32,000 bases of DNA from a cyanobacterium endosymbiont of Braarudosphaera bigelowii. Lineage in GTDB: Bacteria > Cyanobacteriota > Cyanobacteriia > Cyanobacteriales > Microcystaceae. Every line of letters starts with the position of its first letter. Position 1 is the first letter of the stretch. The position numbers and the translations under genes were made by a program. The stretch spans positions 650,248 to 682,247 of the forward strand of contig NZ_AP024987.1 in NCBI RefSeq assembly GCF_020885515.1. Direction: 5' to 3'. This document shows positions 11,183-21,536 of the stretch, in pieces. Under the pieces are notes generated by a model, which was given only the letters and a program-made list of their open reading frames with translations, ran no database searches and had not been told where the DNA came from.

Positions 11183-11794
11183 ATGTTAGGACAAGACTGG
11201 TTAGTAAAAAATAATGGTAAGTTAATATCGCTTAATTCACCTCGAGATTGGGATTTATTAAACCCGTCTTCTCCTTATCGACTATATCAGTTTTTAATAG
11301 AGCTAGATAATATAATGAGTGACGTTGATAGAGGAAAGGAAATTGAAGAGAAATATCTCTTAAGATTGAGACATTTAACCAGAAAGTTAATAGTTAATAC
11401 TCCTTGGATTAGCAATAATCTATCCACCTCTAATATATCAGCACTATATGATGAGCCAGGTTATCCATACACTCTTCAGAGAGAAATTATGCTTCCTGGT
11501 AGTAGTACATTTATTCATAATCATGGAACTTGGGCAATTGTAGCAACATTACAAGGAATGCAAAAAAATATTTTATGGGAACCTTTTCCAGCTCTAGAAT
11601 ATCCCCATAAAATTAGAAAAACTTATGAAAAAGTTTTTCAACCTGGGGATATCGTAAGTTTTACAAATGATGCCATTCATTCTGTTGAAGCTGTAGGTGA
11701 GGAACCAAGTGTTACTTTAAATATTTATGGAGAAACTGATGCATTGAAGAGATTAAAATTTGATATTGATCATAATTGTTCTTATCGCTTTTAG
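11183..11794 (+). CDS. Cupin-fold protein of the cysteine dioxygenase-like group
   Basis: IHNHGTWAIVATLQGMQKN, FQPGDIVSFTNDAIHSVEAVGEEPSVTLNIYG. Confidence 0.7.
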   Translation: MLGQDWLVKNNGKLISLNSPRDWDLLNPSSPYRLYQFLIELDNIMSDVDRGKEIEEKYLLRLRHLTRKLIVNTPWISNNLSTSNISALYDEPGYPYTLQREIMLPGSSTFIHNHGTWAIVATLQGMQKNILWEPFPALEYPHKIRKTYEKVFQPGDIVSFTNDAIHSVEAVGEEPSVTLNIYGETDALKRLKFDIDHNCSYRF

Positions 11795-11805
11795 AAGGTT
11801 TCTAA

Positions 11806-12012
11806 CTATAGTATTTTTTTAAATTTATCAAAATATAAAGGTACTGCAACAAGACTTAACTTTAATATCCATGGAGCAAGTACGAGAGTTATAAATAATG
11901 ATAATAATGCAAGACATCCCATAGAAACTTTAACTATATCTTCTTTTAGATTGAGACTCAAAAAAGCAGACATTGAAGCAATACCTAAGGTAATTAAAGA
12001 AGTGACTAACAT
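11806..12012 (-). CDS. Small hydrophobic conserved hypothetical protein
   Basis: 68 aa with two predicted transmembrane stretches (LVTSLITLGIASMSAFLSL; MGCLALLSLFITLVLAPWIL). Convergent with the cupin gene. Confidence 0.5.
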   Translation of the reverse strand: MLVTSLITLGIASMSAFLSLNLKEDIVKVSMGCLALLSLFITLVLAPWILKLSLVAVPLYFDKFKKIL

Positions 12013-12382
12013 TTTTTATGCTACCTCATAGTTACTTGTAGTATTGAAAGCTTTCGATTAAGAAAAATCTGATTTGTAGCTTTTTTAAACATAGTTATTT
12101 TTTAAGGCACCATGCAGTGCTAATAAATAGTTCTTATGCTAGTAACGCTACACAATTCTTAATACAAGTGTCAAGTTAAAGTATGAATATAGTTTAGATA
12201 CTTATAAATAGAAAAAAAATTGTACTTTCATATCTCAATTAATTTTTTAAGGTCTTTGTCATACTAACTATTAGAGCTAAAGTTGAATCAATTTTACTAA
12301 TATCGAATATTAACCATTTTGTTTTTTAGAATGTTGTATTTAATAAAAAGTAGTTTGTATTTTATGATTGATTTCCAGTCAA

Positions 12383-13078
12383 TCATAAATATCCTTGCTT
12401 TACTAAAAAATCTGAACTGATATCTGAATTAATGTTAGATTTTTTAGATATTAAAGTTTTACTGATAAATTTCTCTACATATTTGCCTAAAATATCTCCT
12501 TCAATATTTACTAAATCACCAGGTTTTAGATAACAGAGATTAGTATGTGTATAGGTATGAGGTATTACTGCAATTGTAAACCAAGTTCCTGATAGATCAC
12601 ATTCAGCTATAGTCAAACTGATACCATTAACAGCTATACTTCCTTTTGTAATCAAATATGGTTGAATAAAATCAGACCATTCTTGGACTCTTGAATACGG
12701 AGCTGCAAAAGTTAGTTCCCAAGCTTTATTAGTGGGAGTGCAACTTACTAAAGAGCCTATTCCGTCTACGTGACCAGTAACAAAGTGACCACCTAATTTG
12801 CTCCCTACACATAATGAAGACTCTAAATTAACATAATTGGTAGTTTTTACTTTTTGAGATAAATTAGTTCTTTGTAAAGTTTCAGAAGAAACAGTGGCGA
12901 TAAAACCATCTTCTGTTAAGTTTTCTGCCGTTAAACATACACCATCTACAGCTATGCTATCTCCTATTGATAAAGTGGATAAAATACTTGTAGTAGAGGG
13001 TTTTAAAACGGTAAGAATAAAACGATTAGATTCAAGAGAATCCATCATACCAAGATTTTCAATCAAACCAGTAAACAT
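12383..13078 (-). CDS. ribE: Riboflavin synthase alpha subunit
   Basis: MFTGLIE, SIAVDGVCLT, GGHFVTGHVDG, GSIAVNGISLTI; duplicated lumazine-binding domains. Confidence 0.96.
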   Translation of the reverse strand: MFTGLIENLGMMDSLESNRFILTVLKPSTTSILSTLSIGDSIAVDGVCLTAENLTEDGFIATVSSETLQRTNLSQKVKTTNYVNLESSLCVGSKLGGHFVTGHVDGIGSLVSCTPTNKAWELTFAAPYSRVQEWSDFIQPYLITKGSIAVNGISLTIAECDLSGTWFTIAVIPHTYTHTNLCYLKPGDLVNIEGDILGKYVEKFISKTLISKKSNINSDISSDFLVKQGYL

Positions 13079-13504
13079 TTCTGTAATTATTAAAAAAGTT
13101 ATCTATATTTTGATATGTAGTACGAATATAACTTATTATCCCAAAAAAAGTATTCAACTATTATTAGGTTCATTAATTAGCTCAAATAAATCTAGTATGT
13201 ATTATGAAAAATATGTATATCACAATTATTAGATAATCTTCATTATGAACTATGAAATTTTTCAAACAAATAACTCAGTTTTAAGTATTTCTTAATTAGA
13301 AAATATTCAGTGTAAGATTAAATTATTTTCCAATCATATATAAACAACTAAAACGGTTCTAAATGTTAATAATAAATACTCTAGATAGCAGAATGTTTAC
13401 TTATATTTCTATACTATAAGTATAGTTTACTGATTTAAGAGAAATGTCTATATTAATCTATAGAATAAAGATTTGAAGATACATGGTTGTATATATGATT
13501 CCCG

Positions 13505-14773
13505 TTAAGTAATTTGTTTTTTCTTTATTCTTTTTCCAATTACGTTAGCATCTATATTGTAATAACTTGCTGCTTGTGAATTATTAAAGCTTAATCTCTC
13601 TTCATCCTTTAACCTGTATCGAACAACTGGTTTAATAGGTAATATATCTAAAGCTTTAATAATTTCTTTGGCGATAGCTCTTGCTAATAAAGGGGGTACT
13701 GAATTACCAACTTGTCGAAATCCATGCCACTTAGTCACATGAAATCTAAACCAATCAGGATAAGAATGCAATCTTGCAGCTTCTCTGACAGTAATACATC
13801 TAGGAGTAAAGGGATGAATAGGTCGAGGAGATGTGTATGATCCTCTATTACTAGGTGTTCCAGCTCTTAAAGTATTACAAAAACCTTCTGGGTGCAATTT
13901 GAAAAATCTGCTAATAGGTTCCTTTTGACCTTGAGGGGTTTTTTGAAATCTTTCAATCAATTTTTTTGTGTGCTTTGTTCTTAAACTGGAAGTTAAAAGA
14001 TTCTTATCATATATTCTTTGATAAGAAAAATTATCACTGGAGTTAAGAATACTTTGAACATAATCATTATGTTCAAAGTAGTTAACTTTAATCCAATCCT
14101 TGTAGTTTAGCTCTGGATAATAGTTAACTTCAGGTAAATTACTGATAGCTTGACTTACTGTTGGAGTAAAAGGAATAGTGAAATTTACGTTTCTTTCGTA
14201 ATTAGTCAAAAATTGAGGATATTTAGGAAGAGGTAAATTTGATTTTGCTCCTAGAAGAAAAAGTCTTTTTCTTATTTGTGGAACTCCGTAGTTAGCAGAA
14301 TTCAATATTCTATAATTTGTTTGGATCTGATAATTATTGGCATTGAATTTATTAAATATTTCTTCTAAGAATATTTGATTATTTTTCGTAGCCATACCAG
14401 GAACATTTTCAATTACAAAGTACTTAGGCTGTAATTCTAGAACTAAGCGAATAAAATGTTTAACTAAATCATTACGACTATCTTTTGGATCTCGTTTACC
14501 TATCGAAGAAAAACCTTGACAAGGTGGACCGCCAAAAACAACATCAATATCCCTATCTCCAATATGAGATAAATTTTTAATTGTCATAGCATTTATTATA
14601 GAAACATCAGAACATATAGTTGTCCAAAATGGAAAATTATATTGATGAACAGCACAGTGAATTGGATCAATTTCTATAGCTCCTAAAACATCAAATCCAG
14701 CTTGTTCAAAACCAAGTGTCATTCCTCCCACACCGGCGAATAAGTCAATAGCAATAGGACGTTTTTGATTCAT
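13505..14773 (-). CDS. DNA (cytosine-5-)-methyltransferase
   Basis: DLFAGVGGMTLGFEQAGF (motif I), GGPPCQGFS (IV), ENVPGM (VI), QIRKRLFLLG (VIII), RQVGNSVPPLLARAIA (X). Confidence 0.96.
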   Translation of the reverse strand: MNQKRPIAIDLFAGVGGMTLGFEQAGFDVLGAIEIDPIHCAVHQYNFPFWTTICSDVSIINAMTIKNLSHIGDRDIDVVFGGPPCQGFSSIGKRDPKDSRNDLVKHFIRLVLELQPKYFVIENVPGMATKNNQIFLEEIFNKFNANNYQIQTNYRILNSANYGVPQIRKRLFLLGAKSNLPLPKYPQFLTNYERNVNFTIPFTPTVSQAISNLPEVNYYPELNYKDWIKVNYFEHNDYVQSILNSSDNFSYQRIYDKNLLTSSLRTKHTKKLIERFQKTPQGQKEPISRFFKLHPEGFCNTLRAGTPSNRGSYTSPRPIHPFTPRCITVREAARLHSYPDWFRFHVTKWHGFRQVGNSVPPLLARAIAKEIIKALDILPIKPVVRYRLKDEERLSFNNSQAASYYNIDANVIGKRIKKKQIT

Positions 14774-14961
14774 ATAATTATTCTGATAATGTAGAAAAAT
14801 TAATATTGATAAGTTAGTCTAAATCAATTTTTATATTTTTAGTAATTATATTGAACATAAAAACTATTAATCTATTAAAGTTTTTTAGTAAATTGATATC
14901 TTGAATAGGTTAACAGGAAAATTTTTGGGATATATACCTTAGAGTTATTTCAATAAATAAA

Positions 14962-16212
14962 TTATCCATCTTCTAATAATCTATTTTTTTCTTTTAAAAA
15001 TTTAATTGCTTCCTGATACTGTATGTCTTTTACTGTTGCAATCTCATCATAAGTAAGTGGCCCTTCTGAAATAAATCTATCCGGTTGAATACCTAATTTA
15101 TGAATATTTCTATGATTAGGAGTTTCGTATCTAGCTACAGTAATAGCTAAGCTAGAATTATCAGACAATTCAAATAAAGATTGAATTAGACCTTTCCCAA
15201 AAGTTCTTTCACCCAACAATATTGCTCTTTTGCTATCTTGTAAAGCTCCTGCCAGGATTTCACTAGAACTTGCAGTACCTTTGTTAACCAATAAAACTAA
15301 TGGAGCATTTGTTAATGGTGTTCCAAAAGAACTAAAACTATCCTGAATACCTTGACGATTGATAGTATAAACTATCGTCCCTTTATTCATCCATAGACGA
15401 GCAATATCAATTCCGCCTTGTAAAAGTCCTCCGGGATTATCTCTTAAATCCAAAATATAAGATTTTGCACCTTCTTTCCTAAGCTTCTCAATGGCCTTTT
15501 TCATTTCTTCAGCAGCATTTGCACTAAATTTATCTAAACGAATATAACCAATAAATAAATTAGGTAAAGTTTTTTCTATATTGACTATTAAAGGACTTAA
15601 AGATATATGCTTACGAATAATCTTATTTTGATATATTTTTTTATCTTGAGAAGAAAATATAGTTAAAGTAATTTCTGTACCAATTGGTCCGCGCATTTTT
15701 TCAGCAGCTTGATCTAAGGTTAAGCTATTAGTACTGATACCGTCAATTTCTAGAACCAAATCATGTGATCTAATACCAGCAAAATATGCAGGAGAGTTTT
15801 TAAGAGAAGAGACAACTTCTAAGTCGCCAGTTTTAGAATTAACTTGAATTCGTAAACCTACTCCTAATAATTCTCCTGAAGTCTCAATTTGTAGGTTATG
15901 GTATTGTTCTGGCCTCAGTAAACGAGTAAAAGGTTCGTCAAGTGTGATTAGCATTTCATCAATTGCCTTATAAGTATCTTCTCGTGTCTTGAGAGAATAC
16001 TTTAATAAATCTTGTCTTACTAAATGCCAATTTTGATGATTAAAAGTGTCATCTAAATAAGATGTGTTCAGTAAATCCCAAGATTCTAATAATAATTTTT
16101 GATTTTTAGTGAGAGCATAAGCATCGGCAGTTAAAATAAAGTAACTATAAAGAATTAGAGTAACAAAAAAAAATATAAATTTAGAAAAATTTCCTTTCAT
16201 AAGATCAGTCAA
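14962..16212 (-). CDS. Carboxyl-terminal processing protease (S41 family) with PDZ domain
   Basis: Signal-like N-terminus, PDZ core GVGLRIQV...SPAYFAGIRSHDLVLEIDG, and catalytic region LVNKGTASSSEILAGALQD...TFGKGL. Confidence 0.93.
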   Translation of the reverse strand: MTDLMKGNFSKFIFFFVTLILYSYFILTADAYALTKNQKLLLESWDLLNTSYLDDTFNHQNWHLVRQDLLKYSLKTREDTYKAIDEMLITLDEPFTRLLRPEQYHNLQIETSGELLGVGLRIQVNSKTGDLEVVSSLKNSPAYFAGIRSHDLVLEIDGISTNSLTLDQAAEKMRGPIGTEITLTIFSSQDKKIYQNKIIRKHISLSPLIVNIEKTLPNLFIGYIRLDKFSANAAEEMKKAIEKLRKEGAKSYILDLRDNPGGLLQGGIDIARLWMNKGTIVYTINRQGIQDSFSSFGTPLTNAPLVLLVNKGTASSSEILAGALQDSKRAILLGERTFGKGLIQSLFELSDNSSLAITVARYETPNHRNIHKLGIQPDRFISEGPLTYDEIATVKDIQYQEAIKFLKEKNRLLEDG

Positions 16213-16639
16213 AACAAAGTTTTTAGATGTAGAAAATATATTTTAACCTGGCCAAAAAATATTATAATTAAAATATCGTATTAATAAATATTGCTTGGAC
16301 TTATTGTTATTCATACGATAGTAAAGATGCAACAATCCTAATTTAGAATAATATTCTTTTATCAGAATAAAAGGCTACTATTGATTAACTAAGCTTATAA
16401 AAATTTGAAATAAATACTAATATTTATGTCTATGCTCAAGTTTCGTTGCAATATAATCTATTGTAAGACTTTATCGTTACTATTCATCCATTATGTAAAA
16501 ACTAAAATACTATCTTAAATAAAAACTCTATAATTTTATTCACTAGTTTTACATACTATATAAACTAGAATAAATTTTATTTTATAGAATATGGTAGATA
16601 TAATAAGATCTATAAACTTTTGAGAGAAGAGATTAGAAA

Positions 16640-17530
16640 GTGTCAATTAATTTTCAGGAAATTATTACAAAATTGAGTAATTTTTGGAGTAGCTATGGTT
16701 GTCTAATTTTACAGCCTTATGATATTGAAAAAGGTGCAGGAACTATGAATCCTAGTACATTTCTTAGAGCTATTGGTCCAGAACCCTGGTCAGTAGCATA
16801 TGTGGAACCTTGTCGCCGTCCAACAGATGGTCGTTACGGCAAAAATCCTAACCGTTTTCAATATTATTTTCAGTACCAGGTGTTAATTAAGCCGTCTCTA
16901 GATAATATTCAAGAAGTCTATTTGGAATCTCTTAAAGCATTAGGTATTAAACCTCAAGATCATGATATTCGTTTTGTAGAAGATAATTGGGAATCGCCTA
17001 CTTTAGGTGCATGGGGCGTGGGCTGGGAAGTATGGCTTGATGGGATGGAGGTTACTCAATTTACTTACTTTCAACAATGTGGAGGAAAAGATTGTTATCC
17101 AACTCCTATAGAAATAACTTATGGCTTAGAAAGATTAGCAATGTATTTACAGGAGGTAGAGGTAATTACTGATATTCAATGGAATGAAAGTATCAACTAT
17201 GGAGATATATTTCTACAAAGTGAAATAGAACAGTGCATATATAACTTTGAGGTATCTAATTCTGATTTACTATTTCAATTATTCAACTTATATGAAAAAG
17301 AGGCTGAAAGATTAATTTCTAAAAAATTAGTTTCTCCTAGTTTAGACTATGTTTTAAAGTGTTCTCATTCATTTAATCTATTAGATGCTAGAGGAGTAAT
17401 TTCAGTAGCAGAAAGAACTCTTTATATAGCTCGCATTCGTTCTTTAGCTAAAGAAATTGCCGACTTATACTTGGAGCAGAGAAGAAATCTTGATTTTCCT
17501 TTATTACATAAAGATATTAACTACTTTTAA
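16640..17530 (+). CDS. glyQ: Glycine-tRNA ligase alpha subunit
   Basis: [46 protein letters not shown]. Confidence 0.98.
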   Translation: MSINFQEIITKLSNFWSSYGCLILQPYDIEKGAGTMNPSTFLRAIGPEPWSVAYVEPCRRPTDGRYGKNPNRFQYYFQYQVLIKPSLDNIQEVYLESLKALGIKPQDHDIRFVEDNWESPTLGAWGVGWEVWLDGMEVTQFTYFQQCGGKDCYPTPIEITYGLERLAMYLQEVEVITDIQWNESINYGDIFLQSEIEQCIYNFEVSNSDLLFQLFNLYEKEAERLISKKLVSPSLDYVLKCSHSFNLLDARGVISVAERTLYIARIRSLAKEIADLYLEQRRNLDFPLLHKDINYF

Positions 17531-17694
17531 CAGGATATTGACTTATAAAATCTTATTAATAAAATTGTAGAATACAATTACTCTTTATTAAAAAATAAAG
17601 TGTTCATAGTCAATAAATTATATATAGGCAATACCTCAACACTTAAATAAACTAATAATAATGGTTTTCAAGAATTAAAAAAATTTCTGAATAA

Positions 17695-18333
17695 TTACTT
17701 CCCTCGAATTGTAGAGTAGAGAGAAAGCTTCACAACTTTAGCTAACCCATTTTTTTGTTCTACTTTCTTCAAATTTTTAATTTTAGTTTCCAATTCTTTT
17801 ACTACACTGGAATATTCCCAAATCTTACGTTGATTAGTTAAAATAGTAATACTTTTATAAGTTAAATTTGTTCCGTTTTTTTGTTTGTAATCATCAGCAT
17901 GGTTCGTAATATCTTTTTTTAAAATTTCTTTTTCTTTTTCTAATTTATCTATTAAATTGCATATTTCTAAATATCTATCAATTTTTTGATGAAATGATAA
18001 GGATATAGAGTTAGGTATCTTTTCAGTATCTATTTGATTTTTATCTTGATTCCGAAAAGGTGTATAGAAAATAAGATACTCTGCTTCTATGTCTTCTAAT
18101 TCTGTCTGATTACAAAGCAAGTAGTGGATTTTGTAGATATTATTTTGATACAAATTTGATAAATCATAATTTAATAAATATTGCTTAAGATTCGTAGATT
18201 TGCTTACATAATATACATATCCAGATTTATTAGCCATTAAACAAATACCTATTTTTTCTGGTAATTTAGTTAAATTATCTAAGCTAACTGCTTTTAAATC
18301 TTCTAATAAAGGTAAATTTTGTAAGTTAGACAT
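17695..18333 (-). CDS. GIY-YIG-like fold protein with C-terminal coiled-coil region, probably degenerate
   Basis: KIGICLMANKSGYVYYVSKSTNLKQYL and DIEAEYLIFYTPFRN match GIY-YIG topology. Start at 18333 (MSNLQNLP) is preferred over 18372 because ggaga precedes it. Confidence 0.55.
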   Translation of the reverse strand: MSNLQNLPLLEDLKAVSLDNLTKLPEKIGICLMANKSGYVYYVSKSTNLKQYLLNYDLSNLYQNNIYKIHYLLCNQTELEDIEAEYLIFYTPFRNQDKNQIDTEKIPNSISLSFHQKIDRYLEICNLIDKLEKEKEILKKDITNHADDYKQKNGTNLTYKSITILTNQRKIWEYSSVVKELETKIKNLKKVEQKNGLAKVVKLSLYSTIRGK

Positions 18334-18418
18334 AAAAATTTCTCCGTCTTTCTTATAAAAGATAAAGTACAATTTAGAAAAATAATCATTAATATTAATA
18401 ATACGATAATAAAAAATT

Positions 18419-19831
18419 ATGTTTGATGTTCTTAGTGATCGCTTAGAAGAAGCTTGGAAAAAACTACGTGGTCAAGATGCAATAACTCATACAAATATAC
18501 AAGAAACTTTAAAAGAAGTTCGACGTGCTCTTTTAGAAGCAGACGTTAATTTACAGGTAGTCAAAAATTTTATTATAGATGTTGAAAAATCTGCAATCGG
18601 TATAAAAGTCATTGGAGGAGTTAATCCTGGTCAACAGTTTATAAAAGTTGTTTATGAAGAATTAGTAAAAGTTATGGGAGAAAGTGCTTCTCCTCTAGCT
18701 AGAGCAGAAAATAATCCTACAGTTATTTTAATGGTAGGTTTACAAGGAACTGGTAAAACAACTGCGACAGCAAAACTTGCTCACTATCTTAAAAAACAAA
18801 AACAAAGTTGTTTAATGGTTGCTGCAGATATATACCGTCCTGCAGCCATTGATCAATTAAAAACACTAGGAGATCAAATTGAGATTCCAGTTTTTGAATT
18901 AGGTAATCAAGAAAACCCTGTTGATATCGCTATCCAAGGTGTTAATCGAGCAAAAGAAATGGACCTTGATGTAGTTATTATCGACACAGCAGGACGACTA
19001 CAGGTTGATCAAGAAATGATGCTTGAATTGGCTCAAATAAAAGAAAGTATTAATCCTGATGATACTTTACTAGTCGTAGATGCTATGACGGGTCAAGAAG
19101 CGGCTAATCTTGCTCAAGTTTTTCATGAGCAAATTAAAGTAACGGGCACAATATTAACTAAGATGGATGGAGACACCAGAGGTGGAGCAGCCTTATCAGT
19201 TAGGCAGGTTTCAGGACAACCTATAAAGTTTGTTGGTGTTGGTGAAAAAATAGATGCTTTGCAACTTTTTTATCCTGATCGAATGGCTTCTAGGATATTA
19301 AATATGGGAGATATCCTCACATTAGTGGAAAAAGCTCAGGAAGAAATTGATCTTTCTGATATGGAACAACTGCAATCGAAAATTCTAGATGCAAAATTCG
19401 ACTTTAACGATTTTCTTAAACAAACGCGTCTAATGAAAAGCGTGGGATCATTTAGTAGTATTTTAAAAATGGTTCCAGGATTAAATAAAATTAACACCAA
19501 AGACATTGAAAAAGGAGAAAGTGAACTAAAACGTACTGAAGCTATGATCGGTTCTATGACATTGGAGGAACGAAAAAATCCAGATTTATTAGCAAAATCT
19601 CCAAGTCGTAGAAATCGTATTGCTAAAGGTTCAGGACACTCTGAAACTGAAATTAGTAAACTAATCAAAAACTTTACTAGAATGCGTACAATGATGCAAC
19701 AATTAGGAAAAGGTGGAATACCGGGAATGGGGAATGGAATACCAAGTATGGGAGATTTGTTTGGCCAAAAAGGAAACCAAAAGAAAAAAACGAAAAAAGT
19801 GAAAAAGAAAAAGGGTTTTGGAGATCTATAA
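18419..19831 (+). CDS. ffh: Signal recognition particle protein Ffh
   Basis: GLQGTGKTTATAKLAHYL, DTAGRLQVD, TKMDGDTRGGAALS, methionine-rich M domain. Confidence 0.98.
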   Translation: MFDVLSDRLEEAWKKLRGQDAITHTNIQETLKEVRRALLEADVNLQVVKNFIIDVEKSAIGIKVIGGVNPGQQFIKVVYEELVKVMGESASPLARAENNPTVILMVGLQGTGKTTATAKLAHYLKKQKQSCLMVAADIYRPAAIDQLKTLGDQIEIPVFELGNQENPVDIAIQGVNRAKEMDLDVVIIDTAGRLQVDQEMMLELAQIKESINPDDTLLVVDAMTGQEAANLAQVFHEQIKVTGTILTKMDGDTRGGAALSVRQVSGQPIKFVGVGEKIDALQLFYPDRMASRILNMGDILTLVEKAQEEIDLSDMEQLQSKILDAKFDFNDFLKQTRLMKSVGSFSSILKMVPGLNKINTKDIEKGESELKRTEAMIGSMTLEERKNPDLLAKSPSRRNRIAKGSGHSETEISKLIKNFTRMRTMMQQLGKGGIPGMGNGIPSMGDLFGQKGNQKKKTKKVKKKKGFGDL

Positions 19832-19964
19832 ATTTTAGTTTTAGATATGAAGAAGTTCTTAAAATATTTAGTCTTTGATAAAAAAATAAGTTTATTTAAA
19901 AAAACATAGATAACTTAATTAAATATAAAGAGTGCATAATCAATTAAATAAATTGATTCCATCA

Positions 19965-20840
19965 TTAAAACTTATGCGTTACAAAAATTCCTAACATTTT
20001 CTCTCCTAAAAGTTCTGGCTGATCTACCATAGACATATGCCCGCAGTTTGGAAGATCAATAACATTTTTACCTTGGAAGCTAAAAAGTTTATGAAAACTA
20101 GCTAAGTATCTTACATATTGAGGTTCGATTAAAGTATCTTGTCTTCCAGCAAAAAAATATACCGGTTGTGCTAGACGTGCAACAATTTGTGGCAATATAT
20201 GGACTTCTGTTTCAGTTGTTGAATTTAATAAAGAGCCTAATGCAGCTATTGAATCAGCTCTCATTAAGTCTGTTACTTTCTGTTTTCCCCACCTACTTGC
20301 TATAGGATCCGTTACCATCATTTTTGAGAAAAGGATGTTAATTAAAGGAACATTTGATAACCAAGGTGGTTTATATTTAACTAATTGTTTTCTAACTAGA
20401 CGAAATCGTTCAAACTCTTCTTTAAGATATATCCCACCACCAACATTTAAGCAAACCACTCCTTGAATTTTTTCTGGACAAAGTTCAGCTCCCCACAATG
20501 CAATACTTCCCCCAATAGAGTGACCTATTAACCAACTTCTATGAATTTTTAATTTTTCTAATAGAATAATTAAATCTTTTGCATAAGTTTCCAGAGCATA
20601 CGGAGAAGATATTTGTAAATTTTGAGATGAAAAACCTTTAATAGGCTGGGAATCTCCAAATCCTCTAATATCATAGATAAGACAAGAATATTTTTTAGAA
20701 AGTCTTTTAATGAGAGGGGACCAATATTGGCGACTTAATAACCAACCATGAACAAAAATTAGAACAGGTGCAGAAGAATTAGAGGGATATGAAGTTAACT
20801 CATAAGTATGAGAAACTCCTAAAATTTTTATAGTTGGCAT
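19965..20840 (-). CDS. Alpha/beta hydrolase
   Basis: FVHGWLLSRQYW, YDIRGFGDS, GHSIGG nucleophile elbow, late NCGHMSMVDQP histidine. Confidence 0.85.
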   Translation of the reverse strand: MPTIKILGVSHTYELTSYPSNSSAPVLIFVHGWLLSRQYWSPLIKRLSKKYSCLIYDIRGFGDSQPIKGFSSQNLQISSPYALETYAKDLIILLEKLKIHRSWLIGHSIGGSIALWGAELCPEKIQGVVCLNVGGGIYLKEEFERFRLVRKQLVKYKPPWLSNVPLINILFSKMMVTDPIASRWGKQKVTDLMRADSIAALGSLLNSTTETEVHILPQIVARLAQPVYFFAGRQDTLIEPQYVRYLASFHKLFSFQGKNVIDLPNCGHMSMVDQPELLGEKMLGIFVTHKF

Positions 20841-20955
20841 ATTGTGTCTTACCTCATGGGAAGGTCATGATGACATTATTAGTTAAAACCATTTGATGCC
20901 AATAGTCTTATTCAATTGTAATTTATATGGAGTTCTGATGCTTAACTTTATCTCT

Positions 20956-21198
20956 ATGGATCTTAAATCTATTAGCACAAAAATATTACTGATTTTAATT
21001 AGAAATTATAAAACATACATCTCTCCACTTCTGCCTCCTAGTTGTCGATTTCAACCAACATGTTCAGAATATATGTTAGAAGCCATAGAAAGATTTGGAC
21101 CTCTATATGGTACTTTATTAGGGATCAAGAGAATTTTTCGTTGCAACCCTTTTAGTGTCTCAAGATATGATCCTGTACCGCTTAAAGTCAAAAAATAA
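20956..21198 (+). CDS. yidD: Membrane protein insertion efficiency factor YidD
   Basis: [50 protein letters not shown]. The ATG at 20956 (MDLKSIS) is a better start than 20893. Confidence 0.92.
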   Translation: MDLKSISTKILLILIRNYKTYISPLLPPSCRFQPTCSEYMLEAIERFGPLYGTLLGIKRIFRCNPFSVSRYDPVPLKVKK

Positions 21199-21288
21199 CT
21201 ATAGAACACATTTGACTAATCTTTAATTACATACTGAGCAATCGATAACTTTATTGATTGTCTTAATAAGTATTTAAGAGATTAAATC

Positions 21289-21322
21289 AAGAAAAGACAA
21301 TATGGTAATATTGTCTTTTCTT
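21289..21322. terminator. Bidirectional hairpin between convergent yidD and pgsA
   Basis: Perfect 15-bp inverted repeat aagaaaagacaatat / atattgtcttttctt with a 4-nt loop (ggta). Confidence 0.75.
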
Positions 21323-21536
21323 ATTAGTTTTGATAATGGTGTTGTAGGAACAAAACATATTCAATACTTTCTCTAAATTCTTGTTATCAGAATTAGTTTC
21401 ATTTAACATAAACTATACGCTTATATTATCGTTTTTCAATAAAATTATAAATGTTTCTATATAAATCTAAAAGATAAGCATCATAAAGTGATTTATAGTA
21501 TGTTGCCCTACAATTTCGTTTTTATAAAATATAAAA

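Noticed and set aside
12894-13232. Plus-strand ORF
   Set aside because: Mostly antisense to riboflavin synthase; the remainder is AT-rich low-complexity translation.
19336-19668. Minus-strand ORF
   Set aside because: Antisense shadow of the ffh M domain.
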